Shown here: positions 20,890 through 32,304 of the stretch, piece after piece | Layout: the number at the start of each line of letters is the position of its first letter | Numbering within the stretch: the first letter of the stretch is position 1 | Assembly (NCBI GenBank): GCA_965219415.1 | Contig: CBDCNP010000002.1 | Span: 2,240,001 to 2,304,000, forward strand | DNA from: Candidatus Marinacidobacterales bacterium | GTDB lineage: Bacteria; Acidobacteriota; Vicinamibacteria; Marinacidobacterales; DATDRI01 | Direction: 5' to 3' | DNA: 64,000 bases | The notes under the pieces: generated by a model | Databases searched by the model: none | What the model was told of the DNA's origin: nothing | What the model saw: the letters and a program-made list of their open reading frames with translations, nothing else | Position numbers and translations under genes: made by a program

Positions 20890-23561
20890 TGCTTCCAGGA
20901 GGTCCCCAGGGTGATGTCTACCTTGAGGGGTACCGACAACTGGTAGCAGCCCTCCATCACTTGGCGCACGAGCGCGGAGATGTCTTCCGCCTCTTTTTCC
21001 GGGACCTCGAGAACCAGCTCGTCGTGTACCTGTAGCAACAGGCGGCTCTCGACACCTTTGTGTTGCAGGGCATGCCATAACTCGATCATCGCCTTCTTAA
21101 TGAGATCCGCTGCGGTGCCTTGAATGGGAGCATTGACCGCGACCCGTTTAGCCGCCTCGCGAGTAGCTCGATTTCGACTCCCAATCTCAGGGATGTAGCG
21201 GTGGCGTCCGAAGATAGTCTTCACTTTTCCGGTCAGCTGCGCATCGCGAATGATCTTGTCCAGAAGCTCCCTCACTCTTGGGTAGCGGTCGAAATAGTTA
21301 TCGATGAAAGTCTGCGCATCTCGGGTCGGAACGCCGAACTCTTTACCGAGGGTGAACGCAGTCTTGCCATAGATGATGCTGAAGTTGATAATTTTCGCTC
21401 GTCGCCGCTGCTCGTGCTCGGAAAGCTCGGAGTCTTCTCCAAACACTTGAAGTGCCGTGCGGGCATGAATGTCTTCCTCCTTCTGGAAGGCCTCGATCAA
21501 ATTCGGGTCGCCACTCATGTGTGCGAGAACACGAAGCTCGATCTGCGAGTAATCGGCAGAGAGGAGGAGCCAACCTGGCTCCGCCACGAACGCAGTACGG
21601 ATTCGACGCCCCAGCTCAGTCCGTATGGGTATGTTTTGAAGATTCGGCTCCGAGCTGGACAGTCGGCCGGTCGCGGCAACCGTTTGGTTGAACGAGGTGT
21701 GGATGCGTCCGGTCTCTGGTTCGACGAGGACCGGTAGCGCATCCACGTAGGTCCCCTTTAACTTGGACAGGCTTCGGTACTCGAGAATTTTACGCGGGAG
21801 CTCGAAGTGCTCGGCCAGCTCCTCGAGAACTTCCATCCTGGTGGAGGCTGACCGTTGCTTTTGCGTCTTGCGAAAGGAAGGGAGGTTCATCTTCTCGAAG
21901 AGAATCTCCCCCAGCTGTTTCGGAGAATTGATGTTGAACTCGACCCCGGCGAGCTTGTAGATCTCCGCGGTGAGCCCGGCAAGCTCGATTCCGATCTCTT
22001 CAGACATGGCATCGAGTGCGTCCACATCGAGACGGATCCCAGTCCGATCCATATTCGCCAGGACTTCGATGAGTGGGATCTCGAGGTCGTTGTACACGGT
22101 TCCCAGTCCTTCTTCTTCGATCCGAGGCTCCAGTCGTTCCTTTAGACGCAGGACGGTCTCCGCCCGTTCCGCACTTCGCCTCATTTCGCCTTCCGCGGGT
22201 TCGGCTCCGACGCTGGCCATACCGGGTAGCACGCCTTGTTCGGCGCCGGTATCTTCCGATTCGGCGAGCGGTCGCTGGAGGATCTCGACGGCTAGGGTTT
22301 CCAACTGATGATTTCGTTTGCTGGGATTCAAGACGTATGAAGCGACCATCGAATCGAAGCCGATGCCGTTGAGGGTCACTCCCTTTCTCCCCAGCCAAAC
22401 GTTCGCGGACTTCAAGTCGTGTCCCACCTTGAGGACTCCGGGATCCGACAGGATCGGTCCGATCTCGCTCAGAAGAGAGGACTCCGTGAATTTGCTTTGT
22501 CCACCGCCCACCGCAATGAAAAAAGCCTCGCCCGGCTCGACCGCCAGACCAAGCCCGACCAGGCGATCTTCCGCGTCACCGTCTCCGGTCGCGAGCGAAA
22601 GAGCCAGACACCTTAGCTTTTTCGCCGATTCCAAGAGCCGTTTGAGCTCGGTGGGAGTTGCGATCGGAAGGTACGAACCGGAGGGTGCCGATGCGGTCTC
22701 CGGAAGATATGCATTCAGGAGCGACGTAAAACCGAGCCTTTCGAAGAGCTCGAAGGCTGCTTTGCGATCCGCACCGCGGTACCGAAGCTCCTCGGGCTTC
22801 ACTTCCAAAGTGACGTTAGTGTCCAACTCCACGAGCTTTTTGGAGAGGCGGGCCTGCTCTCGGTGCTCGAGCAACGCCTCCCGTCGCCTCTTGTTGGAGA
22901 TCCTCTCGGCATTCTCTACCGAGCCTTCCAACGAGCCCCATTCCTTGATCAAAGAAACCGCACCCTTCATTCCGATGCCCGGGACCCCTGGCACGTTGTC
23001 GACGCTATCACCCACCAGTCCGAGGACGTCAGTTACCTTCTCCGGCGGCACGCCGAATTTCTCTACCACCCCGGCCGGATCGTAACGATCCTCTTTGCCG
23101 GGATTAATCACGGTGATTCGGTCGGAGACCAATTGCAAGAAATCTTTGTCCGAGGAAACGATAAACACTTCGAACCCCTCGGACTCGGCTCGGGTGGCGA
23201 GGGTGCCGATAACATCGTCGGCTTCTACATCTCGGACCTCCAGTATCGGAAGACCCAACACTTCGCACACTTCCCTGGTCAACGGCTTTTGCACCGCCAG
23301 GTCGTCAGGCGTGGGCGGCCGATTCGCCTTGTATTGCGGGTAGAGTCGATGTCGGAAGTTGGTGCCTCCGGCATCGAAGACCACCGCGACGTGCGCTGGA
23401 GACTCCTCCGCCAGGATCTTTCGCAAAACGGTGGCGAAACCATAGGCGGCGTTAGTTGGAATTCCCTCACGGTTGGTAAGCCGAGGGATCGCGAAGAACG
23501 ACCGGTAGACCAGCGAGTTGCCGTCGACCAGCAGAATCTTGGGTTTGCTGCCTTCGTTCAT
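20886..23561 (-). CDS. polA: DNA polymerase I
   Basis: 5'-3' exonuclease LVDGNS and EADD motifs; TGRLSS, ADYSQIELR, AKIINF and QVHDEL; 891 aa, intact. Confidence 0.98.
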   Translation of the reverse strand: MNEGSKPKILLVDGNSLVYRSFFAIPRLTNREGIPTNAAYGFATVLRKILAEESPAHVAVVFDAGGTNFRHRLYPQYKANRPPTPDDLAVQKPLTREVCEVLGLPILEVRDVEADDVIGTLATRAESEGFEVFIVSSDKDFLQLVSDRITVINPGKEDRYDPAGVVEKFGVPPEKVTDVLGLVGDSVDNVPGVPGIGMKGAVSLIKEWGSLEGSVENAERISNKRRREALLEHREQARLSKKLVELDTNVTLEVKPEELRYRGADRKAAFELFERLGFTSLLNAYLPETASAPSGSYLPIATPTELKRLLESAKKLRCLALSLATGDGDAEDRLVGLGLAVEPGEAFFIAVGGGQSKFTESSLLSEIGPILSDPGVLKVGHDLKSANVWLGRKGVTLNGIGFDSMVASYVLNPSKRNHQLETLAVEILQRPLAESEDTGAEQGVLPGMASVGAEPAEGEMRRSAERAETVLRLKERLEPRIEEEGLGTVYNDLEIPLIEVLANMDRTGIRLDVDALDAMSEEIGIELAGLTAEIYKLAGVEFNINSPKQLGEILFEKMNLPSFRKTQKQRSASTRMEVLEELAEHFELPRKILEYRSLSKLKGTYVDALPVLVEPETGRIHTSFNQTVAATGRLSSSEPNLQNIPIRTELGRRIRTAFVAEPGWLLLSADYSQIELRVLAHMSGDPNLIEAFQKEEDIHARTALQVFGEDSELSEHEQRRRAKIINFSIIYGKTAFTLGKEFGVPTRDAQTFIDNYFDRYPRVRELLDKIIRDAQLTGKVKTIFGRHRYIPEIGSRNRATREAAKRVAVNAPIQGTAADLIKKAMIELWHALQHKGVESRLLLQVHDELVLEVPEKEAEDISALVRQVMEGCYQLSVPLKVDITLGTSWKH

Positions 23562-23630
23562 CGCGGGCGGCCATTGTATGGGTTATTCTCTTCGCATGGA
23601 AGGCGCCTTCAAGATAAAATTGGCGATCAA

Positions 23631-24344
23631 ATGCGAACCCCCTCCGCCGCCGTGCTTGTCGCGGCGACGCTGCTGATGAGCCTTTCGACCGGTTGCTCCA
23701 AATTCGAATACGAAGAGGAAGTCGACCTGAAAATCGACGGCTCCGGTGAGTTCTACATCCACGCTACCCAGGCTCTCTTCACGTCTCTGCACGGCGTGAA
23801 CAGGGCGGACTCCGACACCGCCTTTCTCGAGGAGCTGCGCGCGTTCTATGATTCCCCGGCATTCGAAGTGGTCTCCGTGAAGCGTTCCAGACGCGACGCA
23901 CGCACGTTTTTCCACGTCCGAGGTCGGTTCGTAGACCTAGGGAGGCTATCGGAGCAAGCGGGCCTCGCCGTTCGCGGCTTGAGCGTCGGGCGCGGCGAAG
24001 AGCTGACCCTAGAAGCCCACGTCGAAGGGAAGGACTTCGCGGGACTCCCGGACGACGCGCTGGTGGCCTTCCGCTTTCATTTTCCGGGCCCGGTGCGGTA
24101 TCACAATTCGACGATGGGCCTCGAGCGTGGCAATATCGTTCGATGGGAAGCTTCTGTCTCCGAGCTGCGGCGCGGAGCGCCCCTCCGCCTCGAGGCTCGT
24201 TTCGACCGGCGGACGGTCTTCTCCATGACGCTCGTTCTGCTGGGTACCGCTGCGGCTTCGGTGATACTCGTGATTTCGGCGGCGCTCTTTTTTTTGGCTC
24301 GACTGGGCCGTCGGCAATTGGCCGAACAAGTGAGAGCCCAATAA
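23631..24344 (+). CDS. hypothetical lipoprotein with C-terminal transmembrane helix
   Basis: ATG at 23631, lipobox-like LSTGC, C-terminal hydrophobic helix. Confidence 0.7.
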   Translation: MRTPSAAVLVAATLLMSLSTGCSKFEYEEEVDLKIDGSGEFYIHATQALFTSLHGVNRADSDTAFLEELRAFYDSPAFEVVSVKRSRRDARTFFHVRGRFVDLGRLSEQAGLAVRGLSVGRGEELTLEAHVEGKDFAGLPDDALVAFRFHFPGPVRYHNSTMGLERGNIVRWEASVSELRRGAPLRLEARFDRRTVFSMTLVLLGTAAASVILVISAALFFLARLGRRQLAEQVRAQ

Positions 24345-24361
24345 AGCCAGGCAAAAAACCC

Positions 24362-25555
24362 GTGAGTCAAATACCAACCGACCAGATCCAAACCATGCTC
24401 TCAGAACGTCAGCTCGACGGCTGGCTACTTTACGATTTCCATGGGCAGAACCCCATCTCGAAGAGAGTTGCTCGCTTCCCCGAGGATCGATTCGCAACCA
24501 GACGTTGGTTCTACTTCGTTCCTGCGAAAGGCGAGCCGGTTGGCATCGTTCATGCCATCGAGAGACACCACTTGGACCATTTACCCGGTCGGAAGCTGGT
24601 CTACGCCGGTTGGCGAGAAATGAGAAAGCGTTTGTCGGAGGCGACGGCCGGCGCCACTCGCATCGCGATGGAGTACTCACCAGAATGCAACATTCCCTAC
24701 GTCTCACGCATCGACGCGGGGACGCTGGAGCTTCTCAAGGGTCTGGGCAAGGACATCGAGAGCTCCGCCGACCTGGTGTCGGTCTTCGAGTCTCGCTTCA
24801 CCCCCGCTCAGGTCGAGCTCCATCGCGAAGCGGCGCGAACCACGACCGAGGCCAAGGATCGCGCCTTCGCCGAGATCAAACAGCGCATCCTCGCCGGTGA
24901 AAAGGCGAGCGAGTACCAAACTCAACAGTTCATTCTCGAGCAGTTTGCGGCACACGGTCTCGTCACTTCCTCGCCGCCTATCGTGGCGGTCGACGAGCAC
25001 GCCGGCGACCCGCACTATGCCCCCAACCCGTCCTCCGATCGGGAGATCGGACTGGCAAGCTTCGTGCTCATCGACCTCTGGGCCAAGCTGGATCAACCGG
25101 ACGGGATCTATGCCGACTTTACTTGGGTCGGCTACGTCGGGCCCACCGTGCCGGCGCGGATCCAGGAGGTTTGGGAGGTGGTGGCGGGTGCCCGCGACGC
25201 GGCCATCGACTTCGTCATCGGCAACGTGCAGCGGAACGAGACCTTCCGCGGATACCAAGTCGATGATGTGGCGCGGAACTTCATCAACGAACGCGGCTAC
25301 GGCGAGTACTTCTTCCATCGCACCGGTCACAACATAGGGCTGGAGGTCCACGGGAATGGGGCCCATATGGACAACTTCGAGACCCGTGACGAACGTGAAG
25401 TGCTCCCGTTCACCGCCTTTTCGATCGAGCCCGGAGTCTACCTCGACGACTTCGGTATCCGCAGCGAGATCAACATGCTCCTCACCGAGGGCAAGGCGGA
25501 GGTCACCGGTGAGCCCATCCAGCGCGAGGTGCTTTGTCTGATCGAGGACGAGTAG
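24362..25555 (+). CDS. M24 family Xaa-Pro aminopeptidase
   Basis: GTG at 24362; GDPHY, IDLW, HRTGH, IEPGVY and GIRSE motifs. Confidence 0.9.
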   Translation: MSQIPTDQIQTMLSERQLDGWLLYDFHGQNPISKRVARFPEDRFATRRWFYFVPAKGEPVGIVHAIERHHLDHLPGRKLVYAGWREMRKRLSEATAGATRIAMEYSPECNIPYVSRIDAGTLELLKGLGKDIESSADLVSVFESRFTPAQVELHREAARTTTEAKDRAFAEIKQRILAGEKASEYQTQQFILEQFAAHGLVTSSPPIVAVDEHAGDPHYAPNPSSDREIGLASFVLIDLWAKLDQPDGIYADFTWVGYVGPTVPARIQEVWEVVAGARDAAIDFVIGNVQRNETFRGYQVDDVARNFINERGYGEYFFHRTGHNIGLEVHGNGAHMDNFETRDEREVLPFTAFSIEPGVYLDDFGIRSEINMLLTEGKAEVTGEPIQREVLCLIEDE

Positions 25556-26584
25556 CGAACCGCGTCTCGGTCGTCATCCCCGTTCTGAACGCCGCGCGGA
25601 CTCTCCCGCTCCTCTTCGACGCTCTAGATCAACTCGCACCCGCCCCACTCGAGATCTTCCTCGTCGACAACGGCTCCACCGACGACGGCCCGACCCTCAT
25701 GCGCTCCTTTGCCGAGCGAACCGAGCGCACCGTGAAGATCCTGGAGGAATCAAAGAAAAGCGCCGCGGCGGCCCGCAACACAGGGATTCGCGCCGCGAAC
25801 GGAGAGCTCGTTGCCTTTACCGATTCGGACTGCAGTCCCGATCCGACGTGGCTTACGAACTTGGCGTCGTCGTTCGACGATCCTGACGTCGGAGCGGTCG
25901 CCGGGCGAGTCGTAGGTGCTCAGGAAACGACGTTGCTCGAGCTCTTCGGCTCTTTGTTCACACTGAGACTCCCCACCGAACCCTCCCGACACCGAGAATG
26001 GACGCCGCGCTCGGGGGGATTCCCGACCGCTAATTTCTCGGTGCGGCGCGCGCTCGCCAATGAGCTCGGTGGTTTCGATGAAAACGTGGTCATCTATGGT
26101 GAAGACTACGATTTCTGTGCGCGGATCTATGACCTCGGGGCCAGTATCGCCTACCGACCGGAAGCGCTGGTCGCCCACCATCATCGAGCGAACCTCGGTG
26201 GAATGACGAAGCAGGCTTTCGGTTTCGGGCGAGGGCACGCCTACCTCTTTCGACGCCACGGATCGGGCCTTTGGATCGATCTCCCAGGCCGCGGGCTCAG
26301 CTGGTGGAGGTCCCCGGTACGCGCGTGGTTGGATTTCGCCGCCGCCGACAAAAAACTCTTGGCCATCTTGATCGCGGCGGTCGTTTACGCACCGCTATGG
26401 GTGCTTCTTCCGGTTTACGCTTCCTACCTGAGCATCTCCACCCACCGCCGGGCTCGCGAAGCCGAAGGAGCCACCCCCATCTGAAAGTCCTGCCCAACTG
26501 GCTGGCTTGCTGGTGGTCAAATCCGCCGCCGTGACCTCGGGACGCTGGTGGGGCTCCGTGGTGTACCGAACGCCTTGCTTGTAG
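25534..26584 (+). pseudogene. GT2 glycosyltransferase; start uncertain, C-terminal frameshift near 26480
   Basis: VSVVIP, DNGSTD, AARN, FTDSD and GEDYD; reading continues (KVLPQLAGLLVVK...) in another frame. Confidence 0.75.
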
Positions 26585-26785
26585 CCATCGGCTAATCCCC
26601 ATCCAAGCAAGGGCATGCCGCTTGCATAGAAGCCCCCATCGGGGTGTTTTTTCCCACGTATCAACAGTTAGAGGTGTGGATTTTTGGCACCACCGAGGGG
26701 AATGCCCCCAAAGGCAAGTTGACAAGGATCCGAGGTACCCGTATGGACCGAGGTATCTCAGGCTAACAATCAGATTACAAAAGGG

Positions 26786-28121
26786 ATGTCAGTTAGAAAA
26801 CTGGCCGTTTTCGCCAGTTTGAGTGACGACACGCTGCTGGAGCTCCAGCCTCTGGTGTCCGAGCTCGGATTGACGACGGTCTTTGCGACCAAATCAGGAA
26901 GAGGCTTTGCGTCTCGTGGACACAGACGATCCGGGGCTCCTGGTAGCAGAAGCCGGCAGGAGCGATGTCGACGTGCCCAGGCTTTGCGCCCGCCTGAGAA
27001 CGGAATCGCCCAACCCGAATATTCCGATCATCCTCATCGGCGCCGCAGGAGGCGGTCGGGAAACTCGGCTGGCCGCTTTGCGAGCAGGAGCCGACGAGTT
27101 CTTTGCTAAACCTCTGGATCTAGAAGATGCGAAACTGCGCCTCGGTGCTTTAATGAGACGAGCACGGCTGCAAGCAACCGGGAACGGCATCGAGGCGGCG
27201 ACCGCCGTTACGACCTCACCCGTTGCGGCCCAGGACCCTCGTAAGCTGTACAAGGATGTGCAGGTTTTGGTGACCGGCGCGCTCGAGCAAGTCAAGAGAG
27301 AGCAACCCATCGCCCTAGACAAGCTCAAGGAGAAGGCCGCGCCCCTCGCCAAGTCCGTTGAGAGCTCCGAGCACATGGTTTCTCTGGCTCTCGGTGAACG
27401 CGAAGCAACGGATCTAGCTACGCATCATGTGAACGTGGCCATCTTGGGGCTTTCGATTGCACGGGAGCTCCGGCTGCCGGAAAGGGAGCTCGAAACGGTC
27501 GCTCTTCTCGGCTTGGTACACGACTTGGGGATGGTGAAGGTCCCCGAGTCCATCCGCTACGCACCCCGGCGACTGACCAGTGAGGAGCTCCGCATCGTCG
27601 CCGAGCATCCAGGTCTCACTCACCAGCTGTTGAAGGGCGCCGGCCCGGAGTATCACGAGCTCGCCGAGATCGCCCACCACGAGCACGAACGTGAGCACGG
27701 ACAGGGGTACCCCCCCGGGGGCTCAAGGGAGAGCAGATTCACAAGCTGGCGAACATTATCGGCGTCGCCGACGTATATGAGGCCTGTACTCATTCCCGCA
27801 CCTACCGCAAGACTTTCATTCCCTACGAGGCCCTGCAGGAAGCTCATCGAAATGCGGGGCAACCAGTTCCATCCTCGTTACATCAAAGCACTCATGAACG
27901 CCCTGACCGTCTACCCCGTTGGCAGTTACGTGCAGCTGAACATCGGCGAGATCGGTCGTGTGCAATCAACTAATCGCAAGAATTTGATGCGACCAATGGT
28001 GGGGCTCATTTGGAATGACCGGGGGCAACGATTCGCATCGGCCAAGATTGTCGACTTGTCGGAGAGTACGTTTCTTTTCGTTAGCAAGCCGCTCTACGAA
28101 GAGCAACTACCCCAGTCGTAA
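26786..28121 (+). pseudogene. receiver-like + HD-GYP domain protein, frameshifts near 26890, 27720 and 27840
   Basis: AGADEFFAKP, LVHDLG and HHEHEREHGQGYP; the out-of-frame segment reads IIGVADVYEACTHSRTYRK. Confidence 0.82.
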
Positions 28122-28147
28122 TGGTTGCTAGAGGACGCGAGAAGGCA

Positions 28148-29135
28148 ATGCCGCTTTCGAGGGGAATGTTCATCCTCTTGTTGGTAGTTGGCCAGATTTG
28201 TGTTCCGCAGTTCGCTCTCGCTTCTCAGCAGGAAGACAACCAGGCGTTCACCACCACTCGGGGCTTCGCCGAGTATCGGATCGGACCCGGCGATGAGCTT
28301 CGGATCCGTATCTGGACCGGCATCGATGCCAAAGAGTACGAAGTCTTCGTCCAGGCAGACGGAAACATCTTCCTCCCTTTTCTGGGACCTGGCTAGCCTC
28401 AAGGCGGGAAATAAGAGTGCACTGGAGCTTCGCGACGAGATCGTCGGACGATTGCGGGAGTCGTACCGGGACCCGGCAGCGGAGGTCAGGGTCACGAAAC
28501 GCGTAGCTAGGCTGGTTAGCGTAATGGGAGAAATCCGTAACATGAACAGGGCGGAGACCGGACCCGGCCGCTACGCACTGCCGGGTCGGATTCGGCTGGT
28601 GGAGTTCGTCACTCAGCACGGTGGCTTCATCGAAGAAGCGGATTTCAATCACACCCGCCTCGTGCGCAAAGGGGAAACCTTCATCTACAACCTGTCGAAA
28701 GCAATCTTCGAGAACGACGGCTCTCAAAATCCTATCCTGGACTCGGGCGATCTCGTTTACATCCCTTCCCTCGACGTCAACAGTCGCAAGATCCTCATCT
28801 TCGAGGAAGTGGGCAATCCGGGACTCCTGCAGGTGAGCGAAGATCTTCCCATTGCAGAGGCCATAGCCCGCATGGGAGGCATGACCAGGAGCGCACACCA
28901 GAGTGCGGTATCGGTGGTGCGTGGTGGTTTGGAAGAACCGACGGTCATGGTCTCCAACTGGGAAGAAATGAAGAAAGGTGATCTCTCACAGAATTTCACC
29001 GTCCAGAACGGAGACCTGATCTTCGTGGGACGCCGAAAACTGGCGACGTTCACGGACATCATGCAGGCCTTCGCGCTGCCCTTGTCCGCCATCTACACGA
29101 CCATCTTGATCAGCAATGCTTCGGGCTCCAACTAA
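28148..29135 (+). pseudogene. wza: Wza-like polysaccharide export protein with SLBB domains, frameshift near 28390
   Basis: YRIGPGDEL...DGNIFLPFLG followed by SLBB repeats (VSVMGE, GDLVYIP, GDLIFV). Confidence 0.82.
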
Positions 29136-29150
29136 CTCTAGTAGAAAGCA

Positions 29151-29430
29151 ATGACCCAATGCGCTTCGATCCATAGCCGATGTTTTCGTCGGTAAGCTGG
29201 ACATGGACACATTGGTTCAAACCCCCGGGTTGGAGAATCTATCCTTCATCACCAGTGGTGCGTTGCCCCCCAACCCTGCAGAGCTTCTTGGATCGTCTCC
29301 AATGCGCACATTCATCGATGAGGTCTCGCAAGAGTTCGATGTCGTGATCTTCGATAGCCCGCCCGCGCTTCCAGTCACCGACGCGGCCATCTTAGCCTCC
29401 CAAGTGGACGGCGTGGTTTTGATCTACCAA
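29151..29430 (+). pseudogene. wzc: remnant of Wzc/CpsD tyrosine autokinase
   Basis: SGALPPNPAELL and VVIFDSPPALPVTDA (Walker B region); Walker A and the N-terminal domain are absent. Confidence 0.8.
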
Positions 29431-30192
29431 ATGGTGTCTGCCCCGTTCGAGGGCGGAATCGGCGAGCCGAACACTTTCGGCGGCTACCTCGTCTTCATGC
29501 TGGCTCTGGCATCCGGTTTCTATTTGATGGCCACTTCCCTTCGCGAACGCGCCTTGTGGATCGGCATGGGACTGCTCATGATCCTTCCATTGCTCTATAC
29601 GCTCTCGAGAAGCTCTTGGCTGGAGGCGGGCGCGATGGTGCTGACCTTACTCTGGCTGTCTCCCAAGAAGGGCCAGTTGCTGGCGGCCGCGGCGATAGCA
29701 TTAGCGCTGTCTCCGGTGGTCCTACCCCACCAGGTCGTCGAACGAATGGCGTATACTCTCGAGCAACCACCGGCGCCAGGGCAGATTAGGGTTGGAAAGG
29801 CACGGCTCGACACCTCGCTGTCGGCGAGGATACGAAGTTGGCAGTACGGGCTCGAGGGCTGGGCGGCGCGTCCCCTGACAGGGTACGGCGTGGCCAGCTA
29901 CGGGTTCATGGATGCGCAATACGTGCGAACCCTCGTGGAGACTGGTCTCTTCGGCCTAGCGGCGTTCGGCTGGCTGATGATCAATATCTTCCCTATGGCA
30001 CGCCTGCGACTGCACGAAGCCCAGGATCGGTTCGCCGTCGCCCTCAGCCTTGGATACCTCGCTGGGTTCGTCGCTCTGCTCGTTCACGGAATCGGCGCCA
30101 ACACCTTTATCATCGTTCGCATCATGGAACCGTTCTGGCTGGTCACCGCTTTGGTGGTGGCGTTGCCAGAGACCGAGCCGGTCGGTGACTGA
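29431..30192 (+). pseudogene. C-terminal part of an O-antigen ligase/Wzy-family protein, fused in frame to the wzc remnant
   Basis: EPNTFGGY, TLSRSSW, PLTGYG, ETGLFGL and LLVHG motifs. Confidence 0.78.
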
Positions 30193-31183
30193 ATCGGACC
30201 CCCCATTCGTCTCGGTGCTGATCAGCACCAAGGACCGCCGCGACCTCTTGCGACAGGCCCTGGAGTCGCTCCGGCAGCTCGATTATCCGCGAGACAAAAT
30301 GGAGCTCGTCGTGGTTGAGGAAACGAGTCAACCCGAAGACCCAGGAGTCGATCGGTATGTGGTCCTTCCCAGAGAGGACCGGGGCTTCGCTTGGAGCCGC
30401 AACGCCGCACTGCGAGCCGCCTCTCATCCCTTGGTGGCGTTCACCGACGACGATTGCATCGTGGACCGTCAGTGGCTCCGTGAGTTGGCGGCACCCTTCG
30501 AAGACCCAGAGATCGGAGCGGTGGCAGGTGCCGTCTTAGCGCAACCTTTTGGGCTCCTCGGGAAAACGGAGATTGTTCTGGGATTTCCTGGCGGCGGCCT
30601 TCGCCGGATCGCGTGCGCCCAGGAACAGATCCGACCGGTGCGTGGCCTATCCACCGTGAACGCCGCCGCACGCCGCGAAATCCTCCAGACCTTAGGGGGG
30701 TTTTCCGAGGCGACGGGGATCTACGGTGGCGAGGATTCCGATCTCTTCGGTCGATTGACGGAGCGCCATCGCGCCGTCTTCAACCCGCGAGCATTGGTTC
30801 ACCATAAGGCCCGTGATTCGGTTGGGGGTATCGCACGCTGGCTCTACCGTCGCGGCATCTCGGCGATCGCCCTCGTTCGTCTGTCTCGCACCCATCGGTT
30901 TCGCTCTGTTCTTGGCGAGCTCCGGAGCTCCGTTTTTCTACGTCTGGGATTCGTGACCGCCTTGCTCTACATCCTCGGTGCGCCGATGCCAGCGTCTCTC
31001 TTCGTCCTTGCCGTCGTCTACTACGCGCTCATGATCGTTCGCTACCGATTCGCTTGGCGACCCATGGGATTGCCCGTTCTTCTTCTTACTCCGCTGTCCA
31101 AGGTGTTAATGGATGCTGCTTTCGACATCGGCCGTCTAAAGGGATTGCTGCTCTGGATCAGCGGGAGTTTTCAAAACCCATGA
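30185..31183 (+). CDS. GT2 glycosyltransferase
   Basis: VSVLIST, WSRN, FTDDDC and GGEDSD motifs. Confidence 0.85.
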   Translation: MTESDPPFVSVLISTKDRRDLLRQALESLRQLDYPRDKMELVVVEETSQPEDPGVDRYVVLPREDRGFAWSRNAALRAASHPLVAFTDDDCIVDRQWLRELAAPFEDPEIGAVAGAVLAQPFGLLGKTEIVLGFPGGGLRRIACAQEQIRPVRGLSTVNAAARREILQTLGGFSEATGIYGGEDSDLFGRLTERHRAVFNPRALVHHKARDSVGGIARWLYRRGISAIALVRLSRTHRFRSVLGELRSSVFLRLGFVTALLYILGAPMPASLFVLAVVYYALMIVRYRFAWRPMGLPVLLLTPLSKVLMDAAFDIGRLKGLLLWISGSFQNP

Positions 31184-32304
31184 CGAAACCGCGAGTCCTG
31201 CTCGCCGAAAACGCCGGGAGCTTCGTGGGCGGTGGACAGGTCAGCTTTCTGAACCTGGTGGCACGCATGGATCGTTCCCGCTTCGAGCCCTACGTGGTTT
31301 GCCCGGAAGAAGGAGATTTTCTCGAGGAGGCCTTAGAGCGGGGAATCCCGGCACTGATTCGCCGAATGCCGTCCTTGCGCGGTCTAGGCGCTCTTCGCCT
31401 GCCATCGGCACTCCGGCCGTGGCTCACGCTTATCAAGAAATTCCGGATCGATCTGCTTCACGCCAACGGGACGCGCGCCATGATCTATGCCGGCCTCGCC
31501 GGTCGGCTGACCTCGATACCCGTGGTCTGGCATGTCCGGGTACTGGCATCGGATGGCCCCCTGGATAAGTTTCTAGCCAGTCTCTCGACTAAGGTATTGG
31601 TAAACTCGCGAGCCGCGGCCGGACGATTCGAGTTCTTGGGCGGCTCCCGGGGACCCACCGTCGTCCCCAATGGAGTCGACGTGGCACAGTTCGAGCAGGC
31701 GTCACCGGATCCCGAACTCCGCAAGAAGTGGGGTTTGGATGCGAAGTTCGTTCTGCTGGTGCTGTCCCAACTGATCCCGTCGAAGCGGCAAGAGCTGGCG
31801 ATCGAAGCGCTCGCATCGCTGCGCCGCCGGGGGATGAAGGCCAGTTTGATACTGGTCGGAGATGAAGTGCTCGCTTCGCGAGGAGAGCGGGCTCGTCTGG
31901 AAGGCGTGGCGAGACGCTTAGGCGTCACCAACGACTGCGTCTTCGCCGGTTTTCGCCGTGATGTTCCCGAGCTCCTCAAGCAGGCCGATCTCCTGATTCA
32001 CCCTGGCCGAGAGGAATCGTTCGGACGAGCTCTCATCGAGGCGATGGCCTCCGGTCTGCCGGTCATCGCTGCTGGCGGCGGTGGTGTTGAAGAAGTGATC
32101 GAGGACGGCGTCACCGGCGTTATCGTCCGCTCTGCGTCTCCGGAGGTCTGGGTGGAGGCGATCGAGAAACTTCATCGAGACCCGTCGCTCCGACGGAAAA
32201 TGGGGGCGGCAGGACGCCGACGGGTGGTGAAACACTTCACCATCGAATCGCACGTGGCCGGCGTCGAGCAAATTTACGAGGAGGTTCTATCTTCATCCCG
32301 ATGA
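31180..32304 (+). CDS. GT4 glycosyltransferase
   Basis: GGGQ, PNGVD and ESFGRALIEAMASG motifs. Confidence 0.9.
   Translation: MTKPRVLLAENAGSFVGGGQVSFLNLVARMDRSRFEPYVVCPEEGDFLEEALERGIPALIRRMPSLRGLGALRLPSALRPWLTLIKKFRIDLLHANGTRAMIYAGLAGRLTSIPVVWHVRVLASDGPLDKFLASLSTKVLVNSRAAAGRFEFLGGSRGPTVVPNGVDVAQFEQASPDPELRKKWGLDAKFVLLVLSQLIPSKRQELAIEALASLRRRGMKASLILVGDEVLASRGERARLEGVARRLGVTNDCVFAGFRRDVPELLKQADLLIHPGREESFGRALIEAMASGLPVIAAGGGGVEEVIEDGVTGVIVRSASPEVWVEAIEKLHRDPSLRRKMGAAGRRRVVKHFTIESHVAGVEQIYEEVLSSSR

Noticed and set aside
22200-22650. Degenerate 3'-5' exonuclease motifs in PolA
   Set aside because: Loss of proofreading residues in PolA is common in many bacteria.
22863-23630. Long N-terminal extensions and antisense ORFs in the six-frame track (for example 22863-24344, 41644-42540, 4428-5417)
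   Set aside because: These are shadow ORFs of GC-rich coding sequence that overlap well-supported genes.
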